In this document: piece by piece, positions 57,313 through 64,000 of the stretch
Position numbering within the stretch: position 1 is the first letter of the stretch
Layout: each line of letters begins with the position of its first letter
Source of the DNA: Coriobacteriales bacterium
Lineage (GTDB): Bacteria > Actinomycetota > Coriobacteriia > Coriobacteriales > UBA8131
Assembly (NCBI GenBank): GCA_031256715.1
Contig: JAIRQA010000040.1
Span: forward strand, 16,736 to 80,735
Direction of reading: 5' to 3'
DNA: 64,000 nucleotides
The notes under the pieces: model-generated
Database searches by the model: none
Told to the model about the DNA's origin: nothing
Seen by the model: the letters and a program-made list of their open reading frames with translations, nothing else
Translations under genes and position numbers: made by a program

Positions 57313-58977
57313 TTAATCATCTGAATGCGTTAACTCTAAGAGGTCAATTAACTCTTGTCTAGAATGCACATTGGTTTTCTGATAGATGCGCTGCCTGTGA
57401 GTGCTTACTGTGCCAGCAGAGATATTTAGTGATGCCTGAATATGTGAAGTGTCCCTGCCTTTAATTAGGTGAACTAAAACTTCGGTCTCGCGTTGGGTTA
57501 GTAAAAAGCGGGATGCTAGCTTCTTACAACGCGATTGAAGAGCGCCCAAGCGTCCGCCATAACCTGTAGTAATGGTAACAACGTTGCGTTCCGGCAGAAT
57601 AAAAGCATAGGTAATAACTAGCAAGATAGTAAGAATAGAGACGATGAAAGCCGAGGAAGTTGTAAGTACTCCCGTGGCAGTAGTGCCCATTGCAATTGCG
57701 TTAGACGCTGCGTCTGTCGCCGCGGTTATTGTGCTTGCAGCTGTACCAGATGCCGCGCCAGCGGCTGCGTCTGTCGCCGCGGCAATTGTGTCTGCAGCTG
57801 TACCAGATGCCGCGCCAGCAATTGCGTTAGTCCCAAAGGCATCAACAAGATTCATAAAAGGCAGCGGAGGCTGAAGCCCACCAAGAAAGACACCAACAAC
57901 CCAGCCGGCACGACCAAGCCCGAATGCACGAAGTGGAGCGACATGATAGCGATAGCAGATATTAGAAAGCGCTATCCAAAAAATTAACTCGAAACAGCTA
58001 TAGCCCACATTGATCATTATAGAGGTCAACTGCCAGTAAGTACTGCCTAGCCACGTACAGGAAAGTACAGAGGCTATCATAAAAACAAGCACAAAGCGAT
58101 AGATAAATCCAATATCTGAGCGTTTTAGAACAAGGATTGAGGCAGCAATAAGAATGACCAAAATTAATGTTGAACCAACTTGAGTAATTGCAAACGTAAG
58201 CTCTAGCGACGGCACAAATGTGCTGTTCTGAACAATTGCGCCGCTGCTAGCCGCAAACGAAAGCTGCTTTTGAACGCCAACAACGGCAGCATGAACAAAG
58301 CTGATTATTAGTGCGGCAAAGCAGATGCGCAGCGCCCCTGTCTCTCCCTCAGGTGAAAACTTGGTTTTAATAGAAGCAGCGGGGATGTCTGCGTACTTCT
58401 CGACATTATTTTTACTTGAAGAGTACCTAAGAGCTAAAGCAGAGAGCAGTGGCAAAAATGCGCCAGATATGACATAAAAAAGATTAGACGTAAAGAGCAT
58501 GAAAAGCGCATAAATTACTATTGCTAATGTAAAAGCTAAAGCTGAGTGCAGCTGCGCCATGGCGGGCTCGGTTTTTCCATACTGTTCTGCCCAATAAAAG
58601 AGCAACAGACCAGAGCCAACCCCGGTAAATAATCCACAAAGATAGGGGACGGCGGGAATGGTGACAAGCTCTGTTGCCGCTAACAATAAGGATCCCACAG
58701 ACATTAGAAGCGGGCTGGCAATTTTAAGTGCACGCGTTTGCATGCATTGCCTTAGCTTGTTGGGCAGTAGTACTCCGCAAATCATGACGCCTACAAGAAG
58801 CAGCAGCGACAGTGGATAAATAACATTGGCTTCGTCGTTAACGTGGTTATTAGTGATAAATATATTTGCCGAGAAGAAAAAAGTCGCTATCCATGCACGA
58901 TGGAAAGCGAAGCCTAGTACTTTTGGGTTAAGCACTTCAGAAAAGCTTGATTTTATAAACCCAACCGCTTCATTCAT
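57313..58977 (-). CDS. LuxR-family transcriptional regulator with a polytopic N-terminal membrane domain
   Basis: Multiple TM helices, an A/T/G-rich duplicated insert (AGAASGTAA.TI.AATDAA x2), and a C-terminal HTH (QRETEVLVHLIKGRDTSHIQASLNISAGTVSTHRQRIYQK). Divergent from the reductase operon. Confidence 0.85.
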   Translation of the reverse strand: MNEAVGFIKSSFSEVLNPKVLGFAFHRAWIATFFFSANIFITNNHVNDEANVIYPLSLLLLVGVMICGVLLPNKLRQCMQTRALKIASPLLMSVGSLLLAATELVTIPAVPYLCGLFTGVGSGLLLFYWAEQYGKTEPAMAQLHSALAFTLAIVIYALFMLFTSNLFYVISGAFLPLLSALALRYSSSKNNVEKYADIPAASIKTKFSPEGETGALRICFAALIISFVHAAVVGVQKQLSFAASSGAIVQNSTFVPSLELTFAITQVGSTLILVILIAASILVLKRSDIGFIYRFVLVFMIASVLSCTWLGSTYWQLTSIMINVGYSCFELIFWIALSNICYRYHVAPLRAFGLGRAGWVVGVFLGGLQPPLPFMNLVDAFGTNAIAGAASGTAADTIAAATDAAAGAASGTAASTITAATDAASNAIAMGTTATGVLTTSSAFIVSILTILLVITYAFILPERNVVTITTGYGGRLGALQSRCKKLASRFLLTQRETEVLVHLIKGRDTSHIQASLNISAGTVSTHRQRIYQKTNVHSRQELIDLLELTHSDD

Positions 58978-59142
58978 TTTTCTTACCTTTATCGCAGCAA
59001 CTTGACCTTTAGTTTAATAGCATATCATACTTCCTGATGACATGATTTGTGAACAATCATGTGCCATATAAGATGTGTCCTAACAGACGTACTTGTTATC
59101 ATAAGAACGCAGAAGCGCTTATAAGAACTTAGAAGTTTGCGA

Positions 59143-59358
59143 ATGTGTGCCGAACGTGCTTGCAGGTGTGAGCAAGTGTTGGCGCAGCGCTATGTGTGCC
59201 GAACGTGCTTTCAGGTGCGAGCTTGCGCCAAACGAAAAATCAGGCGCAAGCGAACACCATGAGCCAAACGAAAAACCAGGCGCCAGCGAGCACGAGTTAG
59301 CGTTGGCGTAGCGCAATGCGCGACGAACGCGCTTGCAGGCGTGCGCAAGTGTTAGCGC
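59143..59358. repeat. degenerate tandem repeats in the LuxR-reductase divergent spacer
   Basis: ATGTGTGCCGAACGTGCTT(G/T)CAGGTG x2, AAACGAAAAA(T/C)CAGGCGC(A/C)AGCGA x2, then a related GCGCGACGAACGCGCTTGCAGGCGTG. Confidence 0.8.
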
Positions 59359-59405
59359 TTCTCAACATTATAAGCGGATAGATTACCAACAGATAGGAGG
59401 TTCAG

Positions 59406-62312
59406 ATGAAATTGTCCACAATGACAAGACGCAGCTTTTTAAAGTCTGCGGCAATAGTGGGCGCGGCTACCGCTTTAAGTGGCACTAGCGTGCCGCAGGC
59501 TTTAGCCGAAGACGACTTGGTAGACACTAAAGACGACGTAAAAGTAATACGCACGGCCTGCAGGGGCTGTGGGAAGATGGAATGCGGAGTTTTGGTCACT
59601 GTTCGCAATGGTCGTGCAATTAAAGTAGAGGGCGACCCCGATGCGTTTGCCAGTGACGCTAACTGCTGTTCTAAGTCGCAGGCGTCTATTCAGGCGTGCT
59701 ATCATCCAGATCGCTTAATGTATCCTATGAAGCGCACGAATCCCAAGGATGCCTCTGATCCTGGTTGGGTTCGCATCAGTTGGGATGAAGCCTTTAAGCT
59801 TGCGGCAGATAACATTCAATCCTTAAAAGACAAGTATGGCGGCGAGACATTTTATTCTATGGTAGGAACTAGTCGCGTTTGGGCAATGGGTGGCCTTATG
59901 GCTTGGCCGCAGATTTTGGGCACACCAAACACATTGCAGGCGTATCAGATTTGCAAAGGTCCACGACATTATGCTACAAGGTTGGTATCTAACAGAGCTT
60001 TTAGTTGGATGGCAACGGTAGATAGGCCTCGAGTATTTGTGCAATGGGGAGGTGCCTCAGAGATATCTAATTACGATGACTCCTGTCGCACCACTGTAGA
60101 TTGCGCGGTAAAGGCAGACAAGCACATTGTTGTAGATCCTCGTATGGCTGGCATTGGGCGTCAGGCCGACTATTGGATGCATCTACGACCTGGTACCGAT
60201 GCCGCTGTGGCTATGTGCTGGACAAATGTGATCTTAGAAAATGATCTTATAGATCATCTGTTTGTTAAACGTTGGACGAATGCACCTTTCTTAGTAATGC
60301 CAGGCGAAGCAACATTTTCTAGCGTGCAAGCCTATGGGCCAGGACGCACATGGGAGCTTAAGACCAGGCTGCTTAAAGAGTCAGATGTTGTAGAGGGTGG
60401 TAGCCCAACACGTTTCATGGTTTGGGACACACTTGCTAATAAGCTAACATACTTTGATACTATTACTGGTCTTTGGGAGAACGAGCCGCCATTTACACCA
60501 CCCACCAAGGGTAAAGAAGCACGTCAGGACAACTTGATGCCAGGTGTTGCCAAAGGCTTTGTTCCAGACCCAACTCCATTTAACCCAAAGATTGATCCTG
60601 CCATATATGGCGAGTTTGAGGTAACGCTAGCAAATGGAAGCAGCGTAAAGGTACGCCCTGTGCTAGATGTTTACGCAGAGCGCTGCCGCGAGTACACACC
60701 CCAGAAGGCAGAGGTTATTACAGGTGTTCCTGCCAGTCAGTTAGAAGCTGCGGCAAAGGCTTACGCAACACGACTAGACCCAGAGTCTGGTTATGGTAAT
60801 GGTGGTATTCAATACATGCTTGCAGTAGAACATGCCGCTACCGCTATTCAGAACTGCCGCGCAATAGATGCCATTACTGCTCTTACCGGTAACTATGATA
60901 CTCCTGCAGGACAGCGTGGTCCTACGATGGCGCCGGTAGATGGTGGATTCACGCCATTTGCGTTTATGATTCCTGGTGCTGCCATGCAAGGGCATTTCCC
61001 CGATAGCTCTAAAGAGATAGGCGACGACGAATTTCCCGTGAATCGTTGGTGGGGCGGCTGGGCAGACGCCAATACTCTTTATAGGGCAATGGAAACAGGC
61101 AAACCTTATCCAATAAAGGGCGGCGTTAACATGGCAGGTGACTTTATGAACATGACTAACGCTAATGACAATTGGAATGTCTTGCAAAAAATGGAGTTTA
61201 TAATTGAATGCAATCTATGGCACGCGCCATCATCAGATGTAGCAGACCTGCTTTTGCCAGCCTGGCATTGGCTAGAGGTAAACTGCTCGCGTGTGTCGCA
61301 AGGTTCTTCTGGCGCTTTTGGAGCCAACATCCGCTGCGTAGAGCCACCAGCAGACACGCTTTGGGATCCTTTGATAATCATGGGCGTTGCAAAGGCAATG
61401 GGCATTTATTACGCCCCCGACCCCGAAAATCCTTGGCCAGGATCTTTACCGGATAATTGGGAGCCGGCTGAGCAATTCATTTTAGACAATGCTGTTAAGG
61501 GAACAGGCAAGAGTTGGAAAGAGTATGCCGCCGAATTTACCAAGAATGGCTGGTGGGATGCTAAGGTTGAGGAGCCTAACCGCTGGGGCACTTATAGGCG
61601 CTACGAAACAGGCTACATTATTGGTGGCTCGGCAGGCATGATGGGCGGCGAGCCAATACCGCCAACCCCTGGCTGGAACACTCCAACAAAGAAATATGAG
61701 TTGTGGTCTACTATTATAGAATCACACTATCTTAATGGCGAGTTTGACCTTCCAACTTATAGTGAGCCTCCGCATTCGCCTATAAGCGATCCAGAAACCG
61801 CAAAGGATTATCCACTTATTGTTACTACGGGCAGGCGAATTCCGGTGTACTTTCACTCTGAGCATCGTCAACTGCCTTGGTGCCGCGAGCTTTGGCCAAC
61901 GCCTCGTTGCGAGGTTAACCCCGAGGATGCCGCTGAGCTGGGAATAGAGCAAGGTGATTGGATTTGGATAGAAACCAAATGGGGCAAAGTGCGTCAAGTT
62001 GCCGATTTGTACTATGGCATTAAGAAAGGCACAATCTGTTGCGAACATCAGTGGTGGTTCCCAGAACTAAACGAATCTGGCCATGGTTTTCAGCTTTCGG
62101 GAATTAATTGTGTTAACGATCGCGACGCGCAGTGTCCAATCTGTGGCGCTTCAAACCTACGTGCCTATCTGGGCAAGATATATAAGGCTACTGCAGAGAA
62201 TTGCCCTGGAGGCAAAGTGGTGCCATGCGCGGCAGATGGTACGCCAATTATTACATCAGCCGCAGACCCACGCCTGAAAGAGTGGTTGCCAACTTATGAG
62301 GGAAGGGAGTAA
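59406..62312 (+). CDS. TAT-exported molybdopterin (bis-MGD) oxidoreductase catalytic subunit (968 aa)
   Basis: MTRRSFLKSAAIVGAATALSG twin-arginine signal, CRGCGKMECG... Fe-S motif, and a molybdopterin body paralogous to 48781-51414. AGGAGG RBS. Confidence 0.88.
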   Translation: MKLSTMTRRSFLKSAAIVGAATALSGTSVPQALAEDDLVDTKDDVKVIRTACRGCGKMECGVLVTVRNGRAIKVEGDPDAFASDANCCSKSQASIQACYHPDRLMYPMKRTNPKDASDPGWVRISWDEAFKLAADNIQSLKDKYGGETFYSMVGTSRVWAMGGLMAWPQILGTPNTLQAYQICKGPRHYATRLVSNRAFSWMATVDRPRVFVQWGGASEISNYDDSCRTTVDCAVKADKHIVVDPRMAGIGRQADYWMHLRPGTDAAVAMCWTNVILENDLIDHLFVKRWTNAPFLVMPGEATFSSVQAYGPGRTWELKTRLLKESDVVEGGSPTRFMVWDTLANKLTYFDTITGLWENEPPFTPPTKGKEARQDNLMPGVAKGFVPDPTPFNPKIDPAIYGEFEVTLANGSSVKVRPVLDVYAERCREYTPQKAEVITGVPASQLEAAAKAYATRLDPESGYGNGGIQYMLAVEHAATAIQNCRAIDAITALTGNYDTPAGQRGPTMAPVDGGFTPFAFMIPGAAMQGHFPDSSKEIGDDEFPVNRWWGGWADANTLYRAMETGKPYPIKGGVNMAGDFMNMTNANDNWNVLQKMEFIIECNLWHAPSSDVADLLLPAWHWLEVNCSRVSQGSSGAFGANIRCVEPPADTLWDPLIIMGVAKAMGIYYAPDPENPWPGSLPDNWEPAEQFILDNAVKGTGKSWKEYAAEFTKNGWWDAKVEEPNRWGTYRRYETGYIIGGSAGMMGGEPIPPTPGWNTPTKKYELWSTIIESHYLNGEFDLPTYSEPPHSPISDPETAKDYPLIVTTGRRIPVYFHSEHRQLPWCRELWPTPRCEVNPEDAAELGIEQGDWIWIETKWGKVRQVADLYYGIKKGTICCEHQWWFPELNESGHGFQLSGINCVNDRDAQCPICGASNLRAYLGKIYKATAENCPGGKVVPCAADGTPIITSAADPRLKEWLPTYEGRE

Positions 62313-62400
62313 ACATGACCAGATATGCGATTGTTCGCCTGAAAGAGTGGTTGCCAACCTATGAGGGAAGGGAGTAGACATGACCAGATATGCGATTGTT
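62271..62400 (+). repeat. 65-bp perfect-register tandem duplication (2 mismatches) spanning the catalytic-subunit stop and the Fe-S-subunit start
   Basis: 62271-62335 and 62336-62400 both read CGCCTGAAAGAGTGGTTGCCAAC(T/C)TATGAGGGAAGGGAGTA(A/G)ACATGACCAGATATGCGATTGTT. Confidence 0.95.
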
Positions 62401-62964
62401 ACTGACGTTGACCGCTGCGTTGGCTGTCTAGGTTGCTCGGTGGCTTGCAAGACCGTTAATGCTGTGCCAATAGGGCAGTTCTGGAACAAAACTCTACGCA
62501 TTGGGCCAAATCCAAAAACAGAGGGCGGTCACTGGCCAGATGTCGAGCTATATTATCTGACCATTCAATGCCAGCATTGCGAAAATCCTCAGTGTGTAGA
62601 GGTCTGTCCTACACAAGCGTCGCAAAAGACTGCCGATGGTACGATACAAATAGACAAACAGCGTTGTATTGGTTGCCAATTTTGCGTCATGGCTTGCCCT
62701 TACAATGTACGTTATTTAAATGAAGAAGAAAAAGTTGTTGAGAAGTGCACTTTGTGCGAGCAACTTATTGCTGATGGCAAAGTTCCACAATGCGTGTCGC
62801 AGTGTGGTGGACGTGCCCGCTATTTTGGCGACCTTGATGACCCAAATTCTGATGCGTCAAAAATCCTTGCAGAGACAGACCCAACAAAAGTTTACTCTTT
62901 GCCAGACGTTGGCAATAAGCCTAGTTTAAGATATATCCTACGTGAAATGAAGTGGAGGGGATAA
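62380..62964 (+). CDS. 4Fe-4S ferredoxin-type electron-transfer subunit (DmsB-like)
   Basis: MTRYAIVTDVDRCVGCLGCSVAC..., CQHCENPQCVEVCP, CIGCQFCVMACP and RYFGDLDDPNSDASK. Confidence 0.88.
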   Translation: MTRYAIVTDVDRCVGCLGCSVACKTVNAVPIGQFWNKTLRIGPNPKTEGGHWPDVELYYLTIQCQHCENPQCVEVCPTQASQKTADGTIQIDKQRCIGCQFCVMACPYNVRYLNEEEKVVEKCTLCEQLIADGKVPQCVSQCGGRARYFGDLDDPNSDASKILAETDPTKVYSLPDVGNKPSLRYILREMKWRG

Positions 62965-62967
62965 AGC

Positions 62968-63840
62968 ATGGAAATTCAATGGCCATTGATTATCTTCACG
63001 CTCTGTATTTGTTTAAGTTCCGGCACGTTTTCTTGCCTTGGTTTGTTAAACATGCTTAACAAAGGGCAAAAGCTACAGGTATCAGCTACTATTGTAACTA
63101 TGGTTGGGCTTGTGGTTGGCGGCGCAGCATCATTTTTGCATTTGCAACATGCCGAACGTCTATTTAATGGCTTTGGGCATATCACCTCTGGCATTACTCA
63201 GGAGCTGATTGGTATTGCCATACTATTTGTGCTAGCAATAGTTTATCTTGTGCTTGCACGTAAGGGCAATGTGCCAAAATGGCTTTCTGTTGTGACGCTT
63301 GTGTTTGGCTTGGCTATGGTTTTGGTTATGGCAAACTCTTATGCTATGCCTGCTCGTCCGGTTTGGGGCACACCATTGCTACTATTGTTTTACTTAGCGC
63401 AAGCTGTTGCAGCAGGAGGAGCTACAATTTGGCTTTTGGCTGCATTTTGTAAATGTGATGAAGCGATACAGCTGTCGGCGCGTGTAACTGCAATTGGCGG
63501 CATTTTGGTTGTTGTTAGTTTGGCAGCATACGCTGGCTACATTGCATCGATCTCGCTTCCGGCTGTAGATTTTTATATAGATCCAACAGACCCAACAAAG
63601 CAGATTGCCGCCACATCTGGATTTGGCAATGAGCTTGTTGGCGGCTCTTTGGCATCATATTTTTGGAGTTCCCTGATTATTGGTGGTGCCATTGCCGCAG
63701 TGCTTGGTTTGTTAAGGTGGATGCGTACAGACAATCCATTGCCATTTGCCGCAATAGCTCTTGTATGCGTTCTTGCCGGTGGCTTTGTTTTTCGTGTTGC
63801 ATTATATATACTTGGCGTAAGCGCTTTTGTGTTTTACTAA
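62968..63840 (+). CDS. DmsC-like polytopic membrane anchor subunit
   Basis: 290 aa, about 8 TM helices, immediately after the Fe-S subunit. Confidence 0.7.
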   Translation: MEIQWPLIIFTLCICLSSGTFSCLGLLNMLNKGQKLQVSATIVTMVGLVVGGAASFLHLQHAERLFNGFGHITSGITQELIGIAILFVLAIVYLVLARKGNVPKWLSVVTLVFGLAMVLVMANSYAMPARPVWGTPLLLLFYLAQAVAAGGATIWLLAAFCKCDEAIQLSARVTAIGGILVVVSLAAYAGYIASISLPAVDFYIDPTDPTKQIAATSGFGNELVGGSLASYFWSSLIIGGAIAAVLGLLRWMRTDNPLPFAAIALVCVLAGGFVFRVALYILGVSAFVFY

Positions 63841-63841
63841 T

Positions 63842-63949
63842 GTCGCGGGTAGAGTCGCGATTATAGTTGCGACTAGGGTCGCGATTGGAGTTGCGACTAG
63901 GGTCGCGATTGGAGTTGCGGGTAGAGTCGCGGGTAGAGTCGCGATTAGA
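63842..63949. repeat. 12-bp tandem repeat x9 downstream of the reductase operon
   Basis: GTCGCGGGTAGA / GTCGCGATTNNA / GTTGCGACTAGG units in strict 12-bp register. Confidence 0.85.
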
Positions 63950-64000
63950 TGGGTGCCTAGCGAAGTGTGATTCTTAAGCTAACTGAGAGCGTCTAGCGAA

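Noticed and set aside
63663-63866. 67-aa ORF at the end of the anchor gene
   Set aside because: It is an alternative frame inside the DmsC-like gene that runs into the 12-bp tandem repeat.

Overview
This 64-kb chromosomal window reads like an Actinobacteria, probably Coriobacteriia/Eggerthellaceae-like, genome. That placement is an inference from synteny (rplM-rpsI-glmM, tilS-hpt-ftsH-folE-folP, acpS-nnrD) and from membrane-embedded LuxR regulators sitting next to TAT-exported molybdopterin and flavin reductases. All work was done by eye. No similarity search, folding or GC calculation was run, and repeat coordinates are good to a few bp.

Layout:
- 1-16 kb: housekeeping genes (glmM', rpsI, rplM, purA, an isochorismatase-family hydrolase, ddl, an aminotransferase, tilS, hpt, ftsH, folE, folP).
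- 16-19 kb: a TAT/lipobox flavoprotein reductase with an FrdB-like Fe-S partner.
- 20-22 kb: two TrkA-type genes and tRNA-Gly(CCC).
- 22.4-30.5 kb: a more AT-rich accessory island abutting the tRNA, with no integrase. It holds two hypothetical proteins, DinJ/YoeB, a frameshifted HExxH peptidase, a RelA/SpoT-like (toxSAS-like) gene plus a small partner, a polyvalent-like protein, and an AbiEi/AbiEii module bracketed by about 150-bp direct repeats.
- 30.5-34 kb: acpS, nnrD and a secreted protein.
- 34.5-48.4 kb: a membrane-LuxR regulator followed by a co-directional MFS-caiA-caiB-fixA-fixB-caiC-MaoC-MFS-fixC-fixX cluster.
- 48.8-54.3 kb: a signal-less molybdopterin oxidoreductase with Fe-S and NrfD subunits, then a CCG-domain protein.
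- 54.4-64 kb: a zinc-ribbon membrane protein, a second membrane-LuxR regulator, and a TAT-dependent molybdopterin oxidoreductase operon.

Recurrent oddities:
- In-frame low-complexity or tandem-repeat insertions inside conserved enzymes.
- Locus-specific tandem repeats in almost every intergenic spacer.
- A 147-bp MITE-like element present twice.
- Hairpin repeat families that share a CCCCTACG flank.
- A 65-bp tandem duplication across a gene junction.
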